Source of the DNA: Octopus bimaculoides
Lineage: Eukaryota
Direction of reading: 5' to 3'
Assembly: GCF_001194135.2 (NCBI RefSeq)
Contig: NC_068987.1
Coordinates: 10,996,037 to 11,060,036 of the forward strand
Length of the DNA: 64,000 nucleotides
The notes beneath the pieces were generated by a model. The model did not search any database, had not been told where the DNA came from, and saw only the letters and a list, made by a program, of their open reading frames with translations. Shown piece by piece: positions 12,501 through 26,512 of the stretch. The translations under genes were made by a program, and so were the position numbers. Positions within the stretch are counted from its first letter, which is position 1. Each line of letters opens with the position of its first letter.

Positions 12501-13399
12501 TAAGAGGTTAGATTGGGTCAGGATCTAGCCAGTTTGAACATAAAACAGGCAGAATATCTGGGCTGGATATGGCCAATTTGAATGCTAAAGGTTTAAGTGA
12601 AGAAAATTCAAGTTTGGATATGTAAAAGATGCATGGTTCTATCTAATAAGAGATTTTTTAAATTTTTTGTTATTTTGGTTATTAACAAAATGAGATGATA
12701 AATTATTAATCTGTTAAATATTCAGTTTATATAGATTGAGCATAATTTAATAAAATATTCTTTTACTTGCAAAACACGCCAAACAGAATAATGTGCAGAA
12801 AAATGTAGTGTCTTTTGCTGTTGTTTTTAAAATCACTAGCACTTTTAATTAATTAATTAATTAACTTGATTTCCCCCCAAACTTTTATTTCTGAAGGGAA
12901 TTTGCCTGAGGACACGGACAGATGTTTCCTTGTATGTCTCCTTTTAACAAAGCAGAATTCATTTTTCTGCACAAATATTTCCTCTTTTCTCTCTTCTCTT
13001 GCGTTTGCGTGAGTTGACGATGATGGCTGACAAAATTTTTTGGTGAATATCAGAGAATTGTCTGCTGTTTTCCCTTCAAGTGAACTTCAGCTCAATTCTC
13101 CTCCACACTGCTCCCTATTAAGTCAAGCTAATATATTCCCAACCTTCCTTACTCTTTTTCACCCCCACCAGTAAAATCTCTTATTGCTTCAAATGCCAAT
13201 GATATTATTATTTTTTTTTTTCTTCTTTTTAGCAAATTAGCAGCATGCATGTATAATACTAGGCAGTGTGTATCAGCTTATATTTAACAAATATCTTTTT
13301 TAAAAATGTTTAAGATGATGGATTCTATTTATTTATTTCATGTATTTATTATTTTTCTTTTTCCTCCTTTGAATTCTTAACAAAATTATAATAGAAAGC

Positions 13400-13560
13400 T
13401 AGAATTATTTGGAATATTCCTTGTTATAGTTCCCTGGGGCACTGAAATAAAGTATCTCCAATATGAACTGTTGTTTATCTGTTTCTGAATCCTCCGTCTT
13501 TGAACATCTAAATCTAAGTTTCTCCTTCCCTGAAGCCATTTTACTATCTGTGATCCATGC
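13400..13560 (-). mobile_element. Decayed CR1/L2-type RT fragment
   Basis: IVKWLQG...IQKQINNSSYWRYFISVPQGT resembles the W..RQRV.IN...S.W..V.SGVPQG motif. Confidence 0.4.
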
Positions 13561-13603
13561 TTATTGATAATGTTCATTCCATATATTTATCTATTCAAAT
13601 GCT

Positions 13604-13653
<50 letters not shown>

Positions 13654-13708
13654 TATTAATAATGACAATAAGAACAAGAAAGTCACGCAATAAAGATATT
13701 TTACTGTC

Positions 13709-13748
<40 letters not shown>

Positions 13749-14609
13749 TACACAAGCGTGTGGGTTTTTTTTTTTTTTGTTCTTTGAGAACATTTCGAAT
13801 AACATGTATCCTCTTTCGTAGAGTTAAGAGAAAACACAAGTAATTGCCAGATTCTTAAAAAAGTATCTTAAAAATCCCTTTCCTCCTTCCTACTTCGCAA
13901 TCAAGAAAATAAACTCCTTTGGCTTTAATTCCCCGACATGAGACGAAAAGTCTACTTATACATACATACATACATGCATTTATTTATATATATATGTATG
14001 TATATATGTATATCTATATATGTGTATCTATATATGTATAAGTATATATGTATATATATATATGTATATNNNNNNNNNNNNNNNNNNNNNNNNNTATATA
14101 TATATATGTATGTATATTTTTGCTCGGAAATATAAATTTCAGGCTTATGTTTTGTTTTTTCTGACCCTGTCTCAACTTGTTCATGAGAAAAATCTGGCAG
14201 ATATTACAGGGTACTTCTAATGCAAAGCATGGTTTGTAATTATCATTTGTCACTAGCTTAAACTTGGTGGTGGTGGTGGGGGGGGGGATTCAATCTTTTG
14301 TTTTTTTTCATTTGTTATTTCTCTCTGTCTTTATTCATCATTATTCATTCGGAGGTTGTTGTTTTTTTCTTCCCCATATTTGTTTATCTGTTGTAGATAT
14401 CGTTATTTAGGGAATTCTTTATTTCATATTCATCATATTTTTAATTGCTTGGTTATTTTTAGAATTTCATTCAAAAATTTCGAGAATTTTACTGTAAACA
14501 AGAATTGAAATAAATTTAGTTTGTATATTGTGGTATAGAATATGTTGCTGTTAGAGTTTTAACCATCACTATATATAGAATGGTGTAAAAACTTCGTCTC
14601 TTAGCTAGA

Positions 14610-14695
<86 letters not shown>

Positions 14696-14698
<3 letters not shown>

Positions 14699-15066
14699 GC
14701 ACAGGTGTGGCTGTGTGGTAAGAAGCCTGCTTCCCAACCACATGGTTTCAGGTTCAGTCCCACTGCGTGACACCTTGGGCAAGTGTCATTTGCTATAGCC
14801 TCGGTCCAACGAAAGCCTTGTGAGTGGATTTGGTAGATGGAAACTTAAAGAAGCCTGTTATATATATATATGTTTGTGTGTCTATGTTTGTCCCCCCCTC
14901 CTTTGACAACTGATGTTGGTGTGTTTACGTCCCTGTAACTTAGCGGTTCGGCAAAAGAGACTGATAGAATAAGTACTAGGCTTACAAAAAATAAGTCCTG
15001 GGGTTGATTTGTTCGACTAAAAGTCGGTGCTCTAGCATGGCCACAGTCAAATGACTGAAACAAAAA
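14696..15066 (+). mobile_element. SINE family A, full length
   Basis: taggcacaggtgtggctgtgtggtaag ... ggccacagtcaaatgactgaaacaaaaag. Confidence 0.85.
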
Positions 15067-16004
15067 GAATATATACACTCACCCCCACACATACATACAC
15101 ACACACACACACACACATATATATACATACACACACAGATATATATAGACAGATGCAAACACTTCACCGTTTAACCAGAACTACCTTCATCATCATTGTT
15201 TTAATGTAGAAGACACTTGCCCAAGGTGATCCTGAACCTAGAACCATGTGGTGCTAAAGGTTAAATAGGATACTCAGTTGATGAAGTCCCAGCACAGGAT
15301 TGAAACTAGTCTGGCTGTCCCTCTTATTATATCCCCTAAAATATTGTATATAAGGACAAGGTATTTACACACAACATTAGCTAAAAGTTTAGAGATATAT
15401 TATGTTATAAAATAAAGCATTGAAGTAAAATATTATTAACAAACTACTAATTTATTAATCAAATTAATTGCGAAGAATGAATTATATACATAAATTGGGT
15501 CATCTAATTTACTTAAATCTCTTAAATTTTAAACAGTATTTCCATGAACGGTAAAGTGGATATTTAGTCACTAATCACTAATGAAGTTCCAACGGATTGA
15601 AACTAATACATAACAGATTAAAACTAATGTAACAACTCTTTTTTCTTTTTCTTTTTTTTTTTTGCTCTCTGTACATACAAGGTTGGCTTAAAATCTATTG
15701 ATATATTTTATATAGATATACATCTATTTATCTATAGATATATTTTATTCATTTCAAAGCTATAATCGGCCATAAAATATATCTATAGATATATTTTATA
15801 GCTGAGTATAGCTTTGAAACGTAATATACCAATAAGTTTTCAATATAATATTATATATTCTCAAGGCGGGGAACTGGCAGAATTGTTACTGCACTGGAAA
15901 AATTTCTTTGTGACTTTTCTTCTGACTATGTGTTCTGAGTTCAAATGGTGCTGGGGGGTTGACTTTGCCCTTCGTCCTTTCGGGGTTTTTAAAAAGAAAT
16001 TTTT

Positions 16005-16410
16005 ATTATTTTTTGCTTCAGTCATTGACTGTGGCCATGCTGGAGCACTGTCTTGAGCAAATCGACCCCAGGACTTATTCTTTGTAAGCCTAGTACTTAT
16101 TCTATCGGTATCTTTTGCCGAACCGCTAAGTTACGGGGACGTAAATACACCACCATCGGTTGTCAAGTGATGTTGGGGGGACAAACACAGACACACAAAC
16201 ACACACACACACACATACACACATACATATATATATACATATATATGATGGGCTTCTTTCAGTTTCCGTCTACCAAATCCACTCACAAGGCTTTGGTTGG
16301 CCTGAGGCTGTAGTAGAACACACTTGCACAAGGTGCCACGCAGTGGGACTGAACCCAGAACCATGTGGTTGGGAAGCAAGCTACTTACCACACAGCCACT
16401 TCTGCGCCTA
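16005..16410 (-). mobile_element. SINE family A, full length
   Basis: Complete reverse-complement copy with an internal (CA)n(TA)n. Confidence 0.85.
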
Positions 16411-16562
16411 AGTACCAGTTGAACACTGGGGTCGATGTAATCGATTTCCCCCCCCCCTCCATAGTTGCTGGCCTTGTGCCAAAATTTGAAACCAATGTAA
16501 TATTGTATTGTACTTGTAGATATTGTGTCATTTGAACCACTACTGGATTTTGGGAACTTAAA

Positions 16563-16955
16563 TGCAGGCGTGGCTGTGTGGTAAGAAGCTTGCTTCCCAA
16601 CCACATGGTTCTGGGTTCAGTCCCACTGTGTGGCACCTTAGGCAAAGTGTCTTCTACTAAAGCCTCGGGCCGGAAACTGAAAGAAGCCCGTCATGTATAT
16701 ATGTATATCATCATTATCATCATCACTGTATGCTTTTTGTCTGTTCTTGCCCCCCCCCCACCACCACCACTTGACAACCAGTGTTGATGTGTTTAAATCT
16801 CCAAAACATAGCAGTTTGGCAAAAGAGGCCAATAAAATAAATACCAGGCTTTAAAAAAAAAAAGCCATTGGTTCAGTTGTCCAACTAAAGAGAAACCCTT
16901 CAAGGTGGTGCTCTGGCATGGCCACAATCAAATGACTGAAACAAGTAAAAGGTTA
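16563..16955 (+). mobile_element. SINE family A, full length
   Basis: Head, internal simple repeat and tail; divergent (head-to-head) with the 16005-16410 copy. Confidence 0.8.
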
Positions 16956-17692
16956 AAAAAAAAACGATAAAAAGTATCTGGGATTCTATAAACTTAAGCT
17001 TGTCAGAATTTTCTTGCAAATCCTATCATAAAAGCATTAATTTTTAAATGTATTTGCTTTGTCTTATCCTGGATGAAAATAGTCTGCCCTCTCTTAATTG
17101 TTACCATATGCTCCATGAAATTTTCAGATTCCTTTTAGAAAACATTGCTTGACATTCTACATAATTTTTAGCTCATCTGAATTATGAATGCCTGTGATTA
17201 ATTCCCATGATATACAGAAATGTTTACACTTACCATAATTTCTTCCAAATACTTTACTAGTCTTATTGTCTTTCTCAGTTGCCTGCCTTTTAGTTCCAAT
17301 GTTGTGTGGAGAGGAAAAAAAAATAATAAAAACAAAAAAGAAAGAATAACTTCTCAAAATCCCATGAGTGATGCTTGATTAGATTAATCATAGGCAAGAT
17401 TTGGAAGTTTATAAATCATATCCTAAAACTGGTGATGGGAGATATATTGCAGAGTTTATCTTTATGAAACCTGATGGGATTCCATTGAAATTGTTATGTA
17501 ACTCTATGTCAAAGCAAAAACAATAATGGAGTGGTTGGAATTTCTGTGGAGTGGAAGCTCTTTTCTTGTACAATAACAAAGGTAGAATGGAGCAATATTT
17601 CTTCTGTGATTTGCTTAGTATGGATGCTGTTAACCCTTGCTGTGTTGGTTAAAGTTTTTCAGAGCAGCATTCATTGCCAGAGCAGCTGTCTG

Positions 17693-18068
17693 GCTTCCGT
17701 GGTAGTGGCCCGTAAATAGCACCATTAGAGCGTAATTGTTACCAGCGTTGTCTTCTAGCACTTGTGCTGGTGGCACGTTAGAAAATCATTCGAGCAAGGT
17801 CGTTGCCAGTGCCGCTGGACTGGCTCCTGTGCAGGTGGCACGTAAAAAACACCTTTTTGAGTGTGGCCATTACCCGTACCGTGTGACTGGCCCTCGTGCT
17901 GGTGGCACATAAAAGCACCCACTATACTCTCGGAGTGGTTGGTGTTAAGAAGGGCACCCAGTTGTAGAAACTCTGCCAGATCAGATTGGAGCCTGGTGCA
18001 GCCTTCTGGCTTGCCAGTCCTCAGTCAAATCATCCAACCTATGCTAGCATGGAAAGCGGGTGTTAAAC

Positions 18069-18135
<67 letters not shown>
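17693..18135 (+). mobile_element. RTE LINE 3' UTR-type repeat with internal GGTGGCACGTAAAA subrepeats and an (ATG)n tail
   Basis: Same sequence family as the UTR that follows the RTE ORF at 56838-57300. Other copies lie at 1072-1397, 24083-24349, 39481-39568, 41613-41790, 42864-43085 and 47800-48040. Confidence 0.8.
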
Positions 18136-19369
18136 TTGTACAAATGTGATATGTTAATCATATGCAAATTAGTTCTCACAACCTCTTTTTATTGACTAGT
18201 AAAAGTGAAATGTGTGCACTATGTCATATGAAATATGAAGAATTTTGGAAAATACCCTACTATCAAAAATAAGCGACCTCGGTTCCTTTATCTCAAATGC
18301 ACATGCACAGAACTGGGGTTTTGTATGGTTCCTGCATAGTCAGGGTCAACCCTTTAGCATTCAGATTACTGTCAAATGCATTGCTTATTTATTCACCTTA
18401 TTTTGAATTAATCACACATTATTTCATAGCCTCAAGATTTCAATGATGTGACAGGATATTTTGTGACAGGATAGAATGACACTGTAAGTTAGGCACAAAA
18501 GGCCAGATAGGGCCAGTTTAAATGCTAAATGGTTAATGATAGTGACCAGAAAAGCATTTAGGCTACCAACACCAGAATCTAAGTCTGTTAAATGATAGAT
18601 TTTAATATTTTCCACTTATTATTTCACACATATATGCATTTACATTTTGAAGAGGAGGCGTAAAAGAAGGTATTTCATATAAATTAATGACGGCAATCAT
18701 TTGATTATTGTAGCCAATTATATATTTAATGTCAAAATATATCAACTGATGTCAGTTGGTTGCTTTCAGACAACCGAATATTATTTTTGGACTCTGGTTT
18801 CTTCTGCATTTCAAAGTGCGTCATCATAACAAGTCTATAAGTAGTGCATGTTCTATTTCGTACAACTGACAAACTTCAGAGAGAATCTCTCTTTCTTTTT
18901 TCTTTAATTTGCTACAGAAAGGGAGTGGAGGGGAGAGGATGCTGTTAGGAAAGGGTTGGGGTGACTGGAAATCGAAGTAACATTTTGGTTCACATGAGGG
19001 AAAAGGAATCCAAGGGGTCCGTAGGTAAAAAAAAATGGTTGAGGACCACTGATTTAGAGAATATAAAACGGAATGGAGAAGTGTATATTATTTCAAAGTT
19101 TTTGTATTAAAACCTTAGTAAACCAATTGTCGAATACAATAAGACCCATTAGTGGTTAGGGTATTTGTCTCACAATCATAAGGCCATGAGTTCAATTCCC
19201 AGCAGCACATTCTATCCTTGAACATGACACTTTATTTCACATTGCTTCAGTCTACTCGGGTGACAAAAATGAGTTGTACCTGTAATTTGTTTTCCTCTTT
19301 GTTGAATGCTTCCTTTATGGTGATGCCATAGATGACTCTGTAGACCAGTTCTTTCATAAAAGAGCCAAT

Positions 19370-19620
19370 GACATTGACCATGGGGTTCCCTCTCCAAAGA
19401 TACACGGACCAACTCAAAGCAACACTGAAAGCTACTGGAATTGAGCCTAAATCATTTGAAACAGAAGCCCAAGGCCATGCTAAGTGGTGATGTTCCATCA
19501 CCATCGGAACCAAATGCTTCAAAGCCACCAGAAGAAGAAAGGAAAAAATGAAACAACAGGAGAGAAAAAGCCTCAACGAAATCAACCTCGTCTTCCACCA
19601 ACAGATAGGATAATGGTAAA
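19370..19620 (+). mobile_element. RTE-clade LINE C-terminal ORF fragment
   Basis: RYTDQLKATLKATGIEPKSFETEAQGHAKW*CSITIGTKCFKATRRRKEKMKQQERK resembles RTE/BovB-type ORF ends. Confidence 0.7.
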
Positions 19621-19965
19621 TGCCAAAGAGTTAAGCCATGAAAAGAAGTTAAGTTTGAAGCTAGTAATTTGTATCACTTAGTGCTTTTAGAAGATGGTAG
19701 CTTAGTGAATTAGTGCTGCAGTTTAACTGGTGGCTACCAGTTCATTCTTTGGCTCAGTGAACTTGTGTGTATATTACTGTGGTTTAAGTGCAGCGAGCAA
19801 GCAGCATCACATAGATGAGAGCGTTCTGGATATCGTTTGATATCTTGTCAAGGTAAAGAGTTATGTTTCACATCAGAAGGATGGGAAAATATTTGTAAAT
19901 GTCTGTTTGTAGGAAGTCAAATTTATAATCGTTAATATGAGGAGTAACTGTCACTCTCTGTCACT

Positions 19966-20001
<36 letters not shown>

Positions 20002-20716
20002 TCTTGAGTTGATGTTGTGTAATTGTTGCAAATGAATGTCATTCATTTCCAATCTTCGGTGGAAACATGTCTGGCCATGGGGAAATATTACTTTGCTGAG
20101 AAACAAGTGAGGGTTGGCATCAAGAAAGGGTGCCTGGCCATAGAAAATCTTCCTCACTAAACTTTATATTTGACCTATCGTATCATGCAAGCATGGGAAA
20201 ATAGATATTTAAATGATATACATTTTGGTAGATATTTAAAGGATATATGTTTTGGTGTGTTTATGTCCCCTGTAACTTATTGGTTTGGCAAAAAGAGACT
20301 GATGGAATAAGTCTAGGTTTGACTAAAATTCTCTTCAAGGTGGTACCCCAGCATGGCTGTTGTCTAATGAGCGAAACAAGTAAAANNNNNNNNNNNNNNN
20401 NNNNNNNNNNNNNNNNNNNNNNNNNNNNNNNNNNNNNNNNNNNNNNNNNNNNNNNNNNNNNNNNNNNNNNNNNNNNNNNNNNNNNNNNNNNNNNNNNNNN
20501 NNNNNNNNNNNNNNNNNNNNNNNNNNNNNNNNNNNNNNNNNNNNNNNNNNNNNNNNNNNNNNNNNNNNNNNNNNNNNNNNNNNNNNNNNNNNNNNNNNNN
20601 NNNNNNNNNNNNNNNNNNNNNNNNNNNNNNNNNNNNNNNNNNNNNNNNNNNNNNNNNNNNNNNNNNNNNNNNNNNNNNNNNNNNNNNNNNNNNNNNNNNN
20701 NNNNNNNNNNNNNNNN

Positions 20717-20770
<54 letters not shown>

Positions 20771-21294
20771 TACACACACACACACACATACATGCATGTG
20801 CATACACATATAAATACTTTGGTGCCTCTTGGTACTTTCCACTGTTTTCCCACCTTGCTATTGCAATGTCGCATTCTTTAAATCTAAAGCGTAACACCGA
20901 AATGAAACATCTTAACGAGTTACACAGTGGTGCAAATAATTAACTCGCCAGATACAACCGTTGTTTTGTGTTATCATTTCGAGCTGTCATAATTGAATAG
21001 GTCCGTCAATGAAATAGAACAGCAGATGGTCAAGTTGAGGAGTTAGCCGTGCAAATCATATCACTTCCAAGACAACAATTAAGTTGTTGTTGTTGCTGTT
21101 GTCATTGCTTCACCCCTGGTCAGCGCCAATCAAAGATATCTGTAATTAAAGACGCCCCAGCTGTGACTATTCTATGTTTTTTGTTTCTTTCTTTTTCACA
21201 TATCAGAGACTACATTGTTTACTAAAGTGCAGTTTGGAGGAACATTTGGATGTTATTTCTAGTAGGTACAGTAGTTGGTGATGACTTATAAACA

Positions 21295-21459
21295 TAGGCG
21301 TAGGAGTGGCTGTGTGGTAAGTACCTTGCTTACGAACCACGTGGTTCCGGGTTCAGTTCCACTGTGTGGCACCTTGGGCAAGTGTCTTCTACTATAGCCT
21401 CGGGCCGACCAAAGCCTTGTGAGTGGATTTGGTAGACGGAAACTGAAAGAAGCCCGTCG

Positions 21460-21494
<35 letters not shown>

Positions 21495-21687
21495 ATGTGT
21501 ATGTGTGTGTATATGTTTGTGTGTCTGTGTTTGTCCCCCCAATATCACTTGACAACCGATGCTGGTGTGTTTACGTCCCCGTAACTTAGCAGTTCAGCAA
21601 AAGAGACCAATAGAATAAGTACTAAGCTTACAAAGAATGAGTCCTGGGGTTGATTTGCTTGATTAAAGGTGGTGCTCCAGCATGGCC
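21295..21687 (+). mobile_element. SINE family A, near full length
   Basis: High-identity head and tail with internal (TA)n(TG)n. Confidence 0.85.
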
Positions 21688-22069
21688 TCTGGTATTTGAG
21701 TACTCTTTCTTCCACCTTGTTGCACATTTATGTGCTTACTCTGGTATACATATATATATATATTTTGTTTAGAAGTTGCTGGAAATGAATAAGCATGTTT
21801 GAGCATTTTGGTATTTTAGCTAATACTGTTGTGGTGCTAATCATTTTGGGATTTTCTTTTTTCTTTTTTTCTTTTTTTGCCTCTAGAAGTATGTCCCTAA
21901 TTTCAGTTGGGTTTACAGCTCATTTTCTTGTTGTTTACCAGAAACCTAGAAACAAAAATAACAAGCTCTATAATAATGTCTGACAATTTGTAATTAGTTA
22001 TTTCTTAATGAAAGCAAGACTACCAAATAAGTAAGATTTTATTTACAATGCTAAAAATACACATGCACG

Positions 22070-22103
<34 letters not shown>

Positions 22104-22535
22104 CACTCACACATACATACACATATACACACACACTAATACAAAAGATTTTGCTTATAAATATTGTTAGTTTGTTAGAATTTGTTGAATACTAAAATTT
22201 TTTTTATTATTAACAACAATTATTTTACTTTTCTATAATGATAGCTTAGATTTTTTTCCTTTTTCCTGCAATTAAAAAGAAAGAGGACAAACAAAAGTGT
22301 GTAACACTTTACTATATATTTTAGTTCACTATTTTCATGCTGTTTTAAATGCAGCTATTTTTAATATTAAAAAGTAAATGCATTAAAAATGACTATGTAT
22401 ATCTCTTGTGTTTTTCCACTCATATTGATTTTCTGTGTTTGTGAATAGAAAATCCATTCTATACATAAATACTAGCTATTTATTAAATCTCCAATGTGAA
22501 ATGCAGTTTTAACAACTTTAAGACAAAATAATATT

Positions 22536-22593
<58 letters not shown>

Positions 22594-25517
22594 GTAATAA
22601 TGATCACAATGAAAAAAGACACTCTACCAAAAAGAAAAAGAAAAGATGATAAATAAAATATATAATGGGGTGGCTATATAAAAAAGAAAAGTACATAGAA
22701 GCAGCTGAATAGATAAAGATGCTTGTTCTGAATGAAATGATCAATTAATTCTAACTTCAGGGGGTCTATTTAATATTTGCTGCTAAGTTTTCAGATTTGG
22801 CAAATTATTAACTTTGATATCTTCTCTCTCTTTGTATGTCTGTTCTTGCTTGTACATTTTAGAGAGAGCGTAAGAGAGAGAGAGAGAGAGAGAGAGATAC
22901 ACACACACGGTGAGTATTATTATGTTCAGAAAGTTAGAAATTATAGAATGATATATTGTTCTTTCCACCTACTTGAGAATGTGGTGCCTTCACCCTTTGT
23001 GTAGGTTAGATCGAGACATAAAGACAAAAATAATGAACTGTCTGGTTGTGAGTGAATATAAAACTGAAATATTCTTCGAAGTTGGTATCGTCTTGTGTTC
23101 TTGTTCATATTTTGCATTCAATGATTAAAGGAAAAAAAAAAAAATGCTAAAAAAGATAAATAAATCTGCCAAAGCATGGAAGTTTTCTTAATTANNNNNN
23201 NNNNNNNNNNNNNNNNNNNNNNNNNNNNNNNNNNNNNNNNNNNNNNNNNNNNNNNNNNNNNNNNNNNNNNNNNNNNNNNNNNNNNNNNNNNNNNNNNNNN
23301 NNNNNNNNNNNNNNNNNNNNNNNNNNNNNNNNNNNNNNNNNNNNCCCAATCTCACTCCCACAAGCACGTATATGCTGGGTTTTTTTTTTTATATAGGAAC
23401 AGAAGTTCTTGGCAAGTTCCAAATGACCGCAATGGTAATTGTCACTGAACAGGCAAAGTTACACCAAAACACTGGTTATGATAGTCTACAGATATCAGTT
23501 GTAGCATGTTGTGTTAATACACAAAATCTCTAAGGAAAAGTTGTGTATGAAGACTAAATCCCACAGTGTGAACTGTTCCATGGTTGTGTGTACATGAAGA
23601 TATAAATGATGTATACATCATTATTTCAATCTCTGGTGCTTCAAGTATTACACCGATTTACTGCCACAAATAATATTAATTAAACCTTACTCATTCTGGA
23701 CTTTTATAGAGCCTTCATTTTTACAGTTACTACACGTGTGTGTGTGTGTGAGGTATAGATATATTTATAGATATATATATATATATACATATATAACATA
23801 CCTATAAGAGGGATGACCACTAGGTGAACATCCAATATGCTAAATGTAGACCCCATATGGTCTGACCACTAAGAAAAAAAATTTTAATTTATATACTTAT
23901 AGGCGCAGGAGTGGCTGTGTGGTAAGTAGCTTATCGGTCTCTTGTGCCGAACCGCTAAGTTACGGGGACGTAAACACACCACCATCAGTTGTCAAGCGAT
24001 GTTGGGGGGGACAAACACAGATACACAACCATACACACACACACACACATATATATATGTATATATCTATATATATATATATCTGGCTCTTGTGCGGGTG
24101 GCACATAAAAGACACCATTTCGAGCGTGGCCGTTGCCAGTATCGCCTGACTGGCCTTTGAGCGGGTGACACGTAAAAGCACCTACTACACTCTCTGAATG
24201 GTTGGCGTTAGGAAGGGCATCCAGCTGTAGAAACTCTGCCAAATTTAGATTGGAGCCTGGTGTTGCCATCCAGTTTCACCAGTCCTCAGTCAAATCGTCC
24301 AACCCATGCTAGCATGGAAAGCGGACGTTAAACGATGATGATGATGATATANNNNNNNNNNNNNNNNNNNNNNNNNNNNNNNNNNNNNNNNNNNNNNNNN
24401 NNNNNNNNNNNNNNNNNNNNNNNNNNNNNNNNNNNNNNNNNNNNNNNNNNNNNNNNNNNNNNNNNNNNNNNNNNNNNNNNNNNNNNNNNNNNNNNNNNNN
24501 NNNNNNNNNNNNNNNNNNNNNNNNNNNNNNATATACATATATACAACTGGCTTCTTTCAGTTTCCGCCGCCCCACCCCCAACATTGCTTGAAAACTGATG
24601 GTGGTGTGTTTACGTCCCCGTAACTTAGCAGTTCGGCAAAAAGAGACCGATAGAATAAGTGCTAGGCTTACAAAGAATAAGTCCTGGGGTCGATTTGCTC
24701 GACTAAAGGCAGTGCTCCAGCATGGCCGGAGTCAAATGACTGAAACAAGTAAAAGAGATATATATGTATATATCTCTGTGTGTGTGTGTGTGTGTTGATC
24801 TACCCCCCACCCACACCATCACCACTTAGCAACTGGTATTGGTTTGTTTATATCCATGTAACTTAGTTGTTCGGCAAAAAAGAGACCATTAGGATAAGTA
24901 CTGGGGTCTGTTTCTTTGACTGAACCCCTTCAAGGTGATGCCCCAGTATGGTCGCAGTCCAAAAAAAAAAACTAAAAACAAAGTAAAAAGATGAGCGAAA
25001 GATAAATAAAAAAAACATGATTGCATTTCACTGCTAATGTGTTTTGATTGGATGCCGAAAAGTTTGGATATGCAAAAATTACCAAAGTAGTTATCTTGCA
25101 GCATAATTCTATATTGGCTGCGAACTTAATTTCAGCTGTGTAGACCGAGTCTTTTCAATACAAGTCTCAATTGAACTACTAATCTTTTGGATCAATAATA
25201 ACTTGAACCTACGTTTTGCTATACCTATGATTTCGTTTGAGTTTTTCTGTATTTTTTTAAATTTTTTATTTCTAACTGAATATTTCATTCAGAGAAAAGC
25301 AGGTAGATAAATGGAAGTTCTCTTCCCTCTTGTGACATTTATGTTGCATTACAGCGCCACCGTTTTCCAGCTAATCTCTGATCTTAAGATACATAGTGCT
25401 GCAAGACATGAGTGGATTTAATATATTTAGATTGTTTAATAAGGAAAGAATAAGATTAAAGACGCAAAGAGATATCTACTGGGGAAAAAAATATATACCA
25501 TTATATGATAGAGAATG

Positions 25518-25579
<62 letters not shown>

Positions 25580-25749
25580 TATATACACACACGTATACAT
25601 ATGTATGTATATCAGTCACAGTGTAATTGGAAGAGTATTGATTATGATAAGACTAGCTAACACACAATGCTGTTTGCAGTAAACTTATAACACAAATGAT
25701 ATTATAAGACTATGGTAACAATTCAATGCTTACAAATTCTATTTAGTAA

Positions 25750-26512
25750 TTAGACCAGTAACTTTGGTCAACAGGCCTTCAGCCATAGTGTGGGCTGCTT
25801 CCCCCGACATGCTGCTCTGAATGACGTAATTAGACGGGCCCTTGATGCGACTGGCTTCCCATCTCAACTTGAGCCAGTTAGACCAGTAACTTTGGTCAAC
25901 AGGCCTTCAGCCATAGTGTGGGCTGCTTCCCCCGACATGCTGCTCTGAATGACGTAATTAGACGGGNNNNNNNNNNNNNNNNNNNNNNNNNNNNNNNNNN
26001 NNNNNNNNNNNNNNNNNNNNNNNNNNNNNNNNNNNNNNNNNNNNNNNNNNNNNNNNNNNNNNNNNNNNNNNNNNNNNNNNNNNNNNNNNNNNNNNNNNNN
26101 NNNNNNNNNNNNNNNNNNNNNNNNNNNNNNNNNNNNNNNNNNNNNNNNNNNNNNNNNNNNNNNNNNNNNNNNNNNNNNNNNNNNNNNNNNNNNNNNNNNN
26201 NNNNNNNNNNNNNNNNNNNNNNNNNNNNNNNNNNNNNNNNNNNNNNNNNNNNNNNNNNNNNNNNNNNNNNNNNNNNNNNNNNNNNNNNNNNNNNNNNNNN
26301 NNNNNNNNNNNNNNNNNNNNNNNNNNNNNNNNNNNNNNNNNNNNNNNNNNNNNNNNNNNNNNNNNNNNNNNNNNNNNNNNNNNNNNNNNNNNNNNNNNNN
26401 NNNNNNNNNNNNNNNNNNNNNNNNNNNNNNNNNNNNNNNNNNNNNNNNNNNNNNNNNNNNNNNNNNNNNNNNNNNNNNNNNNNNNNNNNNCAACAGGCCT
26501 GCAGCCATAGTG
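25750..26512 (+). repeat. 128-bp tandem repeat derived from a CRE-like retrotransposon RLE region; spans an N-gap
   Basis: Units start at 25750 and 25878 and are identical over the visible overlap; a unit fragment reappears after the gap at 26491. The unit encodes [34 protein letters not shown]. Confidence 0.75.

Noticed and set aside
20880-21060. Unique segment with E-box, TAATTG and TGTCA motifs as a possible enhancer
   Set aside because: Short motifs are expected by chance; it cannot be supported without conservation data.
25750-25966. Possible CRISPR-like or coding tandem array (also 59925-60435)
   Set aside because: Contiguous units with no unique spacers, a eukaryotic context, and unit lengths that are not multiples of 3.
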